Notes: a model not told the origin generated them from the sequence alone. 64,000 nt of DNA from Chitinophagaceae bacterium (GCA_016713965.1 JADJOC010000005.1:637-64636); one strand, 5' to 3'; positions 7,589 to 15,166 are shown, numbered from the stretch's first letter. Translations and numbers: made by a program.

Positions 7589-7664
7589 GGGGCTTTGCGT
7601 AGTAGCCCTTAGTAGAAACTTAAAATTAACCAGGACACTTGATAGGGCTATTACGCAAAACCCT
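7589..7664 (+). repeat. intercistronic long hairpin E2
   Basis: GGGGCTTTGCGTAGTAGCCCT pairs with AGGGCTATTACGCAAAACCCT: 21 positions with 2 G.T and 1 mismatch. Confidence 0.6.
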
Positions 7665-7690
7665 TGCTATGTGCCGTTATTTCAAACGAT

Positions 7691-7999
7691 ATGGACATAA
7701 TAGAAAAAAAATTATCAGAAAAGTTGAAGAAAACAGGTGAACTCGAAGGTGGTTTATTTGCTGAAATATCATTGCAATATTGTGGTAGGGATTTCGTAGC
7801 AAGAAAAGACTTGTACACAGTAAAAAATGGATTGGTTTACAGTATAAATAAAGACGGTAGCCTATATGCTACTGGTGATTGTTTATATAACGTTCAAAGA
7901 GATTGTCATAGAATTGGGAAGTATAACCATGACGATAACAATCAATTTAAAAGTAGTACATTTAGCTACTCTCAAATAAAGAAGTTGCTCAAACTATAA
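7691..7999 (+). CDS. hypothetical phage protein (102 aa)
   Basis: ATG at 7691 (MDIIEKKLSEK...). The upstream part of the track ORF lies in the E2 repeat. Confidence 0.55.
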   Translation: MDIIEKKLSEKLKKTGELEGGLFAEISLQYCGRDFVARKDLYTVKNGLVYSINKDGSLYATGDCLYNVQRDCHRIGKYNHDDNNQFKSSTFSYSQIKKLLKL

Positions 8000-8003
8000 C
8001 GTG

Positions 8004-8123
8004 ATTGCTTGCTGAAGTGCAGGTATTTGAAAATATCTCGTTTGGTAGCTTAATATTCTAAAGATGAGTAAAGAAAAAAATGTTGATAGCGGTTCCGTCC
8101 AGCCTGCATTGCAGCAAGCAAAT
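8004..8123 (+). repeat. intercistronic long hairpin E3 (loop contains the methyltransferase start codon)
   Basis: ATTGCTTGCTGAAGTGCAGG (8004-8023) pairs with CCTGCATTGCAGCAAGCAAAT (8103-8123): 20 positions with 1 G.T and 1 mismatch. Confidence 0.6.
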
Positions 8124-8768
8124 TGTTGTGTGCCGTTACGGGTACTAAATCTTTATGCTGGCATAGGGGGTAATCGCAAACTTTGGGAGAATGTCCAGGT
8201 AACAGCAATAGAGTACACCGATGAAATTGCAGAGGTTTATAAAAGCAACTTTAAAGATGATACTGTAATAGTTACCGATGCTCACCAGTACCTTTTAGAA
8301 AACTTTGAAAACTTTGATTTTGTTTGGAGTTCGCCGCCTTGCCAATCACATAGCAAAATGATAAGAAGCGGCAGGAATAGAAAACCACGTTACCCGGATT
8401 TGAAACTGTATGAAGAAATACTTTTTTTGAAGCACAACTTTAAAGGCAAGTGGTTGGTTGAAAATGTGATACCATACTATGAGCCTTTAATACCTGGAAA
8501 GAAAATAGGGCGGCATTTATTTTGGGCTAATTATCCATTGACTGAAATAGAAGTGCCGGAATTTAAAAACATGATGAACAGGCAAAATTTAACTGCAAAA
8601 AAGCAGTTGCAGGATTGGCTGGGGATTTATTACGAAAAGAATATTTACTATGAGGGAAACCATTGTGCAACACAGATTTTAAGAAATTGTGTTCACCCGG
8701 TATTAGGTAACCATGTTTTTAAATGTCAAAACAATGTCGTTACGCAGCCTGAATTATTTGGGTGGTAG
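8064..8768 (+). CDS. DNA (cytosine-5) methyltransferase, short form (234 aa)
   Basis: Motif I LNLYAGIGG, motif IV SSPPCQSHS and motif VI LVENV are present. The C-terminal motifs and TRD look reduced. Confidence 0.7.
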   Translation: MSKEKNVDSGSVQPALQQANCCVPLRVLNLYAGIGGNRKLWENVQVTAIEYTDEIAEVYKSNFKDDTVIVTDAHQYLLENFENFDFVWSSPPCQSHSKMIRSGRNRKPRYPDLKLYEEILFLKHNFKGKWLVENVIPYYEPLIPGKKIGRHLFWANYPLTEIEVPEFKNMMNRQNLTAKKQLQDWLGIYYEKNIYYEGNHCATQILRNCVHPVLGNHVFKCQNNVVTQPELFGW

Positions 8769-8787
8769 TAATGGCACACAACGAACA

Positions 8788-8960
8788 GGGCTTGCTTGCA
8801 GTAGCGGCAATAGAATTACGTCTGCTGAGGCAAATGCCCAATAAAGAACCAAAGTTTAAATAATATTTAAAAGCTAAATTTATAACGTCCAGATGGAACA
8901 AAAGAACAACAACGAACCGCAGCCGATTGAAACCACGCCTGCCGCTATTGCAGCAAACCC
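8788..8960 (+). repeat. intercistronic long hairpin E4
   Basis: GGGCTTGCTTGCAGTAGCGGC pairs with GCCGCTATTGCAGCAAACCC. It shares CAACGAACAGGGCTT with E5. Confidence 0.55.
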
Positions 8961-9165
8961 CATGTTGGCAGCAGGTGTGGTCTTGTTTGATGGCAAAAAG
9001 GTTATAATTCAGGAAGCAAATTATATAGAGCATGGTTGGTACATAGAAATAATACACAACGAAATTACTCTATGGGAAATTCCTTATGGCGGTGGTGAAC
9101 CGATAAGAATAAGTGACTTCTTAACTGTTGCTGGTGCTATTCACGCAGCAGGTCGTCTTACGTAA
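8893..9165 (+). CDS. hypothetical phage protein (90 aa; alternative start 8962)
   Basis: Intact ORF. The first 23 codons lie in the E4 loop and right arm, so the ATG at 8962 (MLAAGVV...) is an alternative start. Confidence 0.5.
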   Translation: MEQKNNNEPQPIETTPAAIAANPMLAAGVVLFDGKKVIIQEANYIEHGWYIEIIHNEITLWEIPYGGGEPIRISDFLTVAGAIHAAGRLT

Positions 9166-9185
9166 CACTTGACGGCCAACGAACA

Positions 9186-9359
9186 GGGCTTTGTGCAGGT
9201 GGGGAACTTGAAAAACGTCTGCTGAAACCGCTGTTGGGCTTTGATTAAAAGATAAAAATAAATTCTCTGTTTGGCTTTGTTCGTCAAGCCCACGACTAAA
9301 GCTAAATAGAATTACCAATGCTCATTGTGAGTTGTGTCAGCCCCACTTGCACAAAACCC
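9186..9359 (+). repeat. intercistronic long hairpin E5
   Basis: GGGCTTTGTGCAGGTGGGG pairs with CCCCACTTGCACAAAACCC: 19 positions with 1 G.T and 1 mismatch, and a loop of about 136 nt. Confidence 0.6.
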
Positions 9360-9385
9360 AATGTTGGCTGCATACCTTTCTTTTT

Positions 9386-9697
9386 ATGTCAAACGAGATG
9401 TTAGAAAAATTAAAAAAGTTGCGTCCTTTGTCGCCCACAGTAAATCAAAAGTATGTTGATGTAAGTCTTAAAATATTGGATGCGTCCAAAGTCTTACACC
9501 CAACATATACATTAGAAGAATTACACGACTTTGTATTTTTTAAAGAAGTCCCACAAAGAAAAATTAGTCCCGAAAGATTAAATACTCACTTGTGGGAAAT
9601 CGTTAAAGAGCATTGGTCAGCAACAAAGTCTGATGGTGAACTTGCTGAAATTTTGGTTAGTCCAATCTTTCAACAAAAACTCCAATCTGACAGTTAA
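9386..9697 (+). CDS. hypothetical phage protein (103 aa)
   Basis: ATG at 9386 (MSNEMLEKL...). The upstream track extension lies in the E5 repeat. Confidence 0.55.
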   Translation: MSNEMLEKLKKLRPLSPTVNQKYVDVSLKILDASKVLHPTYTLEELHDFVFFKEVPQRKISPERLNTHLWEIVKEHWSATKSDGELAEILVSPIFQQKLQSDS

Positions 9698-9992
9698 AGT
9701 CTGTTGGGTCGGTAGGTGAAAGAAGATTAATTCCGTAACCACCACTCATATCGTTTAAGTGGTCGTCTAATTTGAAATTAATCTCAACAACTTTACATCT
9801 ATAACCTTCAAGAGTTAGAATGTTTCCAACTTCAATAAATTGAGAATTGTCCCACTTTTGACGTTCAATATTTAATTCGTCTAAAGTTTCTCTGTTGTAG
9901 ATATAGGCAATTTCTCTGCCTTCTCTGTCGCCTTGTGAAGCATACTTAAAAAGTATTCTTGCAAAAAACCTTTCTAGCTTTGGTTGTGTCAT
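9657..9992 (-). CDS. hypothetical protein on the opposite strand (111 aa)
   Basis: Intact ATG ORF convergent with 9386-9697, with a 41-nt 3' overlap. One of only three minus-strand ORFs in the + strand early arm (with 14612-15166 and the tentative 15535-15702). Confidence 0.5.
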   Translation of the reverse strand: MTQPKLERFFARILFKYASQGDREGREIAYIYNRETLDELNIERQKWDNSQFIEVGNILTLEGYRCKVVEINFKLDDHLNDMSGGYGINLLSPTDPTDFNCQIGVFVERLD

Positions 9993-10054
9993 ACTGTAAA
10001 AATTAAATTATAAAATAAAAGCTGTGTCCAAATAAGGTTGCAGCCAACGTCAAA

Positions 10055-10162
10055 GCATTGCCGAAGTTGGGGATTTTGAAAACCAAATGTTCAATTTAGC
10101 AATGAAGTTTAATAGTAGTACAAAAGTTCAATTAACCACGTCTGCCCCAATTTTGGCAATGC
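10055..10162 (+). repeat. intercistronic long hairpin E6
   Basis: GCATTGCCGAAGTTGGGG pairs with CCCCAATTTTGGCAATGC: 18 bp, 16 Watson-Crick plus 2 G.T. Confidence 0.65.
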
Positions 10163-10208
10163 AATGTTAGCAGTAGCCTTTTTGGTCAGTCGTACAAAAC
10201 AAATAAAA

Positions 10209-10613
10209 ATGGATAAAATTCAAAAATTGACAGACTTAATAAAGTCAAACATTAAAGAACTTACTAAAATAGAAGTAGGACAAGTTTTTAACTCAAAATA
10301 CTATGGGCATATAGTAGCAACAAAGGTTACTCATTTATCAGAAGGCAAATATTCAATTTACGGATTTGATATAAAAGAAGGTTTGCCAAGAGATAATTAT
10401 TATCCGAGAGATTTAGATTTAGTTGGTAAAGAACCAATGCTTAATAATGTTTTACATTTTTTTGTTGAAAGTTTGTATTCAACTTCAAAAGAAGATAAGC
10501 ACCTTTCTGTTTTGGATATGATTTTGTCAGAATGGGATTACTCAAAAACGTACCTTAAAGACCAAAGTGAAGCAACTATAAATTATCTTTTCGATTTAGC
10601 AGGGTGTTCGTAA
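10209..10613 (+). CDS. hypothetical phage protein (134 aa)
   Basis: ATG at 10209 (MDKIQKL...). The ORF is bracketed by GTTAGCAGTAGCC (10166-10178) and GGTTACTGCTAAC (10614-10626). Confidence 0.55.
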   Translation: MDKIQKLTDLIKSNIKELTKIEVGQVFNSKYYGHIVATKVTHLSEGKYSIYGFDIKEGLPRDNYYPRDLDLVGKEPMLNNVLHFFVESLYSTSKEDKHLSVLDMILSEWDYSKTYLKDQSEATINYLFDLAGCS

Positions 10614-10631
10614 GGTTACTGCTAACGATTG

Positions 10632-10741
10632 AGTATTGGCGAAGAAGCGGACTTTTACCACTAAAGTTGATACGAAGAACTAATGTTGATGTTACTACAA
10701 ACGTTCATACGAAGCACTAAAACCGCTTTTTTGCCAATACT
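10632..10741 (+). repeat. intercistronic long hairpin E7
   Basis: AGTATTGGCGAAGAAGCGG pairs with CCGCTTTTTTGCCAATACT: 19 bp, 17 Watson-Crick plus 2 G.T. The loop holds the direct repeat GTTSATACGAAGMACTAA twice. Confidence 0.65.
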
Positions 10742-10829
10742 TTGTTATGCGTTCGCCTTATTTTTTCGTGTTGATTTTCAGTAAGTTAGAAAATATTTTG
10801 AAAATAAATCCAAAATACTTTGAAAAAAG

Positions 10830-10860
10830 TTTGCAGTTATCAAAATAGGTTGTATATTTG
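10830..10860 (+). promoter_or_regulatory. canonical Bacteroidota sigma-A type promoter
   Basis: TTTG (10830-10833), N19, TATATTTG (10853-10860), preceded by the direct repeat AAAATAyTTTGAAAA twice. Confidence 0.6.
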
Positions 10861-10901
10861 TATCAGCAATAAAGCAAAAAACAATCTTAAAAATAAATAA
10901 A

Positions 10902-11087
10902 ATGACAACTTCAATTAAACTTCAAATTAAATCAGTTTACGGAAATGAAATGATTTATCCAGCTTGTGAAACTTCTAAAACTCTTGCAAATTTGACAAGA
11001 AAAAAAACGTTAGATGGCAGAGATTTAGAAATGATAAAATCTCTTGGATATACAATTGAATGGGTAAACGCATATCAAATGGCATAA
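10902..11087 (+). CDS. hypothetical protein (61 aa)
   Basis: First gene after the canonical promoter; TAATG overlap with the next gene. Confidence 0.55.
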   Translation: MTTSIKLQIKSVYGNEMIYPACETSKTLANLTRKKTLDGRDLEMIKSLGYTIEWVNAYQMA

Positions 11088-11257
11088 TGGCAAATAAAAA
11101 ATTAAAAACGCAAGGCGGTAAACGTGTTGGCTCTGGTCGTAAAAAAGCAGATTACGAAACTAAAACGATTGCCTTTCGTGTTCGGGTAGAATTTGTCGAA
11201 CCGATTAAAAAGATGGTTAAGGATTATGTTTCGGAGCGTCTTAAAGGTGACGCATAA
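11087..11257 (+). CDS. small basic DNA-binding-like protein (56 aa)
   Basis: MANKKLKTQGGKRVGSGRKKADYETKTIAFRVRVEF...: basic N-terminus followed by a beta-strand-like segment. The RHH-like assignment is tentative. Confidence 0.45.
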   Translation: MANKKLKTQGGKRVGSGRKKADYETKTIAFRVRVEFVEPIKKMVKDYVSERLKGDA

Positions 11258-11309
11258 CGGGTATATGTAAGAAATATTTGTAATTAATTGATAAATAAGA
11301 TATTATAAT

Positions 11310-12146
11310 ATGGAAATTCCTAAGTATATAGAAATGTATAGGAAAGATTTATTGCTTAAAAATTATGCTTTATCAAGTATAGATAATTATGTTTCGCAGG
11401 TTAAATTATTTTTGCATGACCATAATAGATTATTTACTGAACCTGCAAAAGTCAATGAAAAGACAATAAAAGAATGGTTATTAAAAGCTAAATCTATAAA
11501 TAGCAGAAAACATAAGTTATCTGCTTTGAAACTCTTTTACCATTTAACAATTAAGCAGCCAATGAAATTCAAGTATATTGAATACCCTAAAGCTGATAAA
11601 AAACTGCCAATAGTTTTAAGTGTTGAAGAAATACAGAAAATGTTTTCAGTTTGCGAGAACTTAAAGCACAAGGTTATTTTATCACTTCTTTATTCCGCAG
11701 GATTAAGAGTATCTGAACTTATTAATTTAAAGTGGCAGCATATTGATAGAAGCAGACTGGTTATAAATATCATTGCTGCTAAAGGGAATAAAGATAGACA
11801 AGTTATGCTTACACCTTCAATTGTACCATTGCTGGAAAAGTATTGGAATGAATATAAAAGCAAGGAGTATGTTTTAAATGGATGGAAAAATGAATTGCAA
11901 TATTCAGATAGAAGTGTAGGTGAAGTAATAAAACAATTGGCAGATAAAGCAGGAATAAATAAAAGAGTATATACGCATTTAATTAGGCATTGTTCATTTA
12001 CTCATTTAGTTGAAGCAGGATGCGATATAAATTTGGTACAAAGATTAGCTGGACATTCAAGCATAAAAACTACTAACCTATATTTACATACTTCACATAC
12101 TTTAATAAGCAAAATACAATCACCACTATCACAAATTAAAATGTAA
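11310..12146 (+). CDS. int: tyrosine site-specific recombinase / integrase, XerC/D-like (278 aa)
   Basis: Catalytic pattern R (AGLRVSEL), K (AAKGNKDR), HxxR (THLIRHCSF), H (LAGHSSIKTT), Y (NLYLHTS), plus an N-terminal SAM-like core-binding region. Confidence 0.85.
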   Translation: MEIPKYIEMYRKDLLLKNYALSSIDNYVSQVKLFLHDHNRLFTEPAKVNEKTIKEWLLKAKSINSRKHKLSALKLFYHLTIKQPMKFKYIEYPKADKKLPIVLSVEEIQKMFSVCENLKHKVILSLLYSAGLRVSELINLKWQHIDRSRLVINIIAAKGNKDRQVMLTPSIVPLLEKYWNEYKSKEYVLNGWKNELQYSDRSVGEVIKQLADKAGINKRVYTHLIRHCSFTHLVEAGCDINLVQRLAGHSSIKTTNLYLHTSHTLISKIQSPLSQIKM

Positions 12147-12158
12147 AAACATAAATAA

Positions 12159-12320
12159 ATGGTAGAAGAGATAAAACTAAATATTCATTTAACTTTAGAG
12201 ATAGATTCTGGATTAAATATAAAAGACCTTAAAGAATATATTGAAAATAATTTAAAACTAAAACCACACCCATTTATAGATATAATTTCTAAACATATAC
12301 AAATAAAAAATAATAAATAA
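12159..12320 (+). CDS. hypothetical small protein (53 aa)
   Basis: Hand-translated MVEEIKLNIHLTLEID... Confidence 0.4.
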   Translation: MVEEIKLNIHLTLEIDSGLNIKDLKEYIENNLKLKPHPFIDIISKHIQIKNNK

Positions 12321-12338
12321 CCCTTTAATCCCTACTTT

Positions 12339-12512
12339 ATGATTTGCGAAAAATTTAATCAATTAACCCCTTTTGAAAAAGTTATCTACATAGGTAAACT
12401 AGTACATGCTGTAGAAAATGATGATATTCTTTTTGATGCAGGAAATGAAATAATAGAACTTGCTAATAATAAAGGAATTTTTAAAGGAATAACAATTTTC
12501 CCAACAAAATAA
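12339..12512 (+). CDS. hypothetical small protein (57 aa)
   Basis: Hand-translated MICEKFNQLTPFEKVIY... Confidence 0.4.
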   Translation: MICEKFNQLTPFEKVIYIGKLVHAVENDDILFDAGNEIIELANNKGIFKGITIFPTK

Positions 12513-12535
12513 ATATAACTTTTATAAAAAGAAAT

Positions 12536-12919
12536 ATGAATATAAATGAAAAAGGCATTTCTCTTTTAAATAAACAGATTTGCGATATTATAGGCGAAGT
12601 TGAAGTTGATTATGAGCCAGGTGGTGGCTTATGGCTTGATTCAAGTAGTATATTAGATGCTGCAAATGAAGTTGAAAAATTGATATTTGAAGAAGTAAAA
12701 AGGGTATCTATCGAATACGCTCAATTTAGAGACACTTATCCAAGATATGAAAGCCAAAAGATGCACATTCATCATCAAAAACTTGGGGGGCTTACTACTT
12801 GGCGTGGCACGTCTGATGAAAGTATTTACGAAGCATATTTGAAAGGTGAGCAACATTACAACCCATTAATTAAAGAAATGGAAGATTTAAAGTTGAAGGG
12901 TGGTAGTGCTAACCAATAG
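12536..12919 (+). CDS. hypothetical phage protein (127 aa)
   Basis: Intact ORF. Confidence 0.6.
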   Translation: MNINEKGISLLNKQICDIIGEVEVDYEPGGGLWLDSSSILDAANEVEKLIFEEVKRVSIEYAQFRDTYPRYESQKMHIHHQKLGGLTTWRGTSDESIYEAYLKGEQHYNPLIKEMEDLKLKGGSANQ

Positions 12920-12955
12920 TATAAAATATACTACACAATATTTAATATATAAACA

Positions 12956-13273
12956 ATGGCAAAAATAACAACACTACAAAAGTTAAAATTAAAGGCAGAT
13001 GGCTGCGCTAGGATGCCTTCTTTGAAGAGAATATCTAGGATGTTGCACGACTATAATATTCCACACACCCTTACAGAAAGTTTTAATACCGTAGAGCATA
13101 AAACAAAAGGGAGGAATTATGTAAACCATAGGCATATAGGCCGAGATGGTTATTTTCTTCATATTGACGGCACCAATATACGTCTAAATACATCTAGCAG
13201 TTACTACTCCTTTGATTCAAAGGGGTATGCTCAAGAAATTGTTGAATATTTAAACGAAAAACAAATAAAATGA
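12956..13273 (+). CDS. hypothetical phage protein (105 aa)
   Basis: Intact ORF. Confidence 0.6.
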   Translation: MAKITTLQKLKLKADGCARMPSLKRISRMLHDYNIPHTLTESFNTVEHKTKGRNYVNHRHIGRDGYFLHIDGTNIRLNTSSSYYSFDSKGYAQEIVEYLNEKQIK

Positions 13274-13380
13274 CAACAGAAGAAATTTTAAAACAACTTA
13301 ACTTAAAATGCAAATAAGCATATTAATTATAAATCTTACACAATGGGACTACGATTAAATCAAATTTAAAAACTAAAAAT

Positions 13381-13683
13381 ATGGATATTAAAGAAATATT
13401 AGATACAATAAAGTCTGTAAAATTATGCCTAATGGCTCACCCTGATAATGAGGAAGGCTCAGAGTTTGCAGATAGAATAGATGATTTAACAGATATTGAG
13501 GTTAAACTTGATAGGCTAGAATCCTACGAATTGCAGGAATTTTTAGATGATAACATTGAAAGATCGAAATGCTTATCCAATATTAAAACCGATAATGGAG
13601 ATAATCCTTTATTCATGGCTGGGTGGATAGCTGCCTTAATGCATGTAAAGTTAAATTACCTACAACAGTTGAATAATAAATAA
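13381..13683 (+). CDS. hypothetical acidic protein (100 aa)
   Basis: Intact ORF. Confidence 0.55.
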   Translation: MDIKEILDTIKSVKLCLMAHPDNEEGSEFADRIDDLTDIEVKLDRLESYELQEFLDDNIERSKCLSNIKTDNGDNPLFMAGWIAALMHVKLNYLQQLNNK

Positions 13684-13703
13684 AAGCCAGTAAATTAATA
13701 AAA

Positions 13704-13925
13704 ATGCAAATAGAAACAAGATTAGCAGACGAAGATGTAAAAATAAAACTTAGCCTTTGCCAAAAATGCAATGGTATTATTAGAGCTGCTGTTGAACACG
13801 AAATGGATACTAAAAGTAAAAATGAGTTTTTAAAAGAAGTAATGAGATATGATTTGTCAGTAAAAACTATCCCGTTGCTTGAATATAAGGAAGTAAAAAA
13901 TCGTTGGTGCAAATGTATATCATAG
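13704..13925 (+). CDS. hypothetical Cys-cluster protein (73 aa)
   Basis: CQKC...CKC pattern. Confidence 0.5.
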   Translation: MQIETRLADEDVKIKLSLCQKCNGIIRAAVEHEMDTKSKNEFLKEVMRYDLSVKTIPLLEYKEVKNRWCKCIS

Positions 13926-13994
13926 CGTTGAAGCCAACGTGTTGATGGATACTATGCCCCTCTCTTTAGGTATTGGTATTAAAAAATTTTTAAA

Positions 13995-14210
13995 ATGGCT
14001 GAAATTGAAAAAAAATGTAATGATGCCAAAGCGTGGATAAGGTATTCGGGTGGCAGCGAAGGTGATATTTGCGTTTACCGCAGATGCCCAGAATGTGGCA
14101 AATATTTGAAATCTGGCGAAGTGCTTACTAATATGGCAGGTGAGGCAAAAGTAAAAGGATATACTTGTAAAAAACATGGCGAAGTAGAGCCTTTTTATTT
14201 AAGAGATTAG
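13995..14210 (+). CDS. Zn-ribbon-like protein (71 aa)
   Basis: CPECGKY...CKKHG pattern. Confidence 0.55.
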   Translation: MAEIEKKCNDAKAWIRYSGGSEGDICVYRRCPECGKYLKSGEVLTNMAGEAKVKGYTCKKHGEVEPFYLRD

Positions 14211-14264
14211 GTCGTTTAGCGGTTCGTTGCGGTTAATTAGTATAAACTTTTAAATAACAATAAA

Positions 14265-14573
14265 ATGAAAATAGATACAAAAAAAATAGGAACATTCCTA
14301 AAATCAATTGATGATGCTGAATACATTTATATGCAGCATTGTATGGAAATGCGTAACGGAATAAACAACCTAATCAAAAGGCATAATTTGTCAAAGCAAG
14401 ATGTTTGCGAAAGGTTTAAAATCAAGCCTGCTAAATACAATGATTATGTAAAAGGCAATTACAACTATTCCGTTATGGATATGGCTTGTTTAAATGCTGC
14501 ATTTATGGAATTAGAAGCCGAAAAGCTAAAAGATAATGTTCCTGTTCAGGTCGCTGGTAGCAATGACCGCTAA
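14265..14573 (+). CDS. putative XRE-like HTH protein (102 aa)
   Basis: LSKQDVCERFKIKPAKYNDYVKGN resembles an HTH_XRE helix-turn-helix. The assignment is weak. Confidence 0.4.
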   Translation: MKIDTKKIGTFLKSIDDAEYIYMQHCMEMRNGINNLIKRHNLSKQDVCERFKIKPAKYNDYVKGNYNYSVMDMACLNAAFMELEAEKLKDNVPVQVAGSNDR

Positions 14574-14611
14574 CGGTGTCCTAAAATAGCACACCACTTT
14601 AAGGAAAATGA

Positions 14612-15166
14612 TTACTGTTCTAATAACACATAATCAACATCTTTCATTTTATATAAATCCATTTGTGAATATGTGTTAGTTATAAATTCATCCCATTGCG
14701 ATTTGAAAATGGTTTGACATCCTAAACTAGATGGTGAATTTAAGCTGCCTTTATGTATGTTTATTGCTATTCCTGTACTGTCTTTTCCATCTCTGGTTAC
14801 AGGTAGTTCCTCTTTTGGATTTGCAGGTCTTAATGCAGGGTAACCACCGCTAGGTTTACTTAAACCGTGCTTCCCTTTCTTATATTCATGAATACCTGCC
14901 TTTAGTACTGCTACACCTTTTTTAAAGGTAGAAGGGTCTGTATTGGCGTTGAATGCGGCAAAATAATCTTTACTACCTATCAAAAATATAGCATCGTCAT
15001 AAATCATCCTGTCATTCTTTGTAGGGTCTCCCATTGTTTTTTTATAATATCCCCTTACTCCCACTATAAAAAAATCAGGTATTACAAATTCAGGATAAAT
15101 ACTTTTAACTAAAGACAATACTTCTTTTTTAGTCATTTTGGGCTTAGACGGTGGTACTATATTCAT
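14612..15166 (-). CDS. putative cell-wall hydrolase / endolysin-like protein (184 aa from the ATG at 15166)
   Basis: Pattern GVRGYY...NDRMYDDAIFL...FNANTDPS...VTRDG...INIHKG...SSLGCQT resembles phage peptidoglycan-hydrolase / YkuD-like H...SxGC motifs. Confidence 0.4.
   Translation of the reverse strand: MNIVPPSKPKMTKKEVLSLVKSIYPEFVIPDFFIVGVRGYYKKTMGDPTKNDRMIYDDAIFLIGSKDYFAAFNANTDPSTFKKGVAVLKAGIHEYKKGKHGLSKPSGGYPALRPANPKEELPVTRDGKDSTGIAINIHKGSLNSPSSLGCQTIFKSQWDEFITNTYSQMDLYKMKDVDYVLLEQ

Noticed and set aside
8740-9318. Minus-strand ORFs 8740-9057 and 9121-9318 from the track.
   Set aside because: They run antisense through hairpin elements E4/E5 and the 8893-9165 gene. Their Cys/Arg-rich translations and lack of start context indicate GC-patch artefacts.
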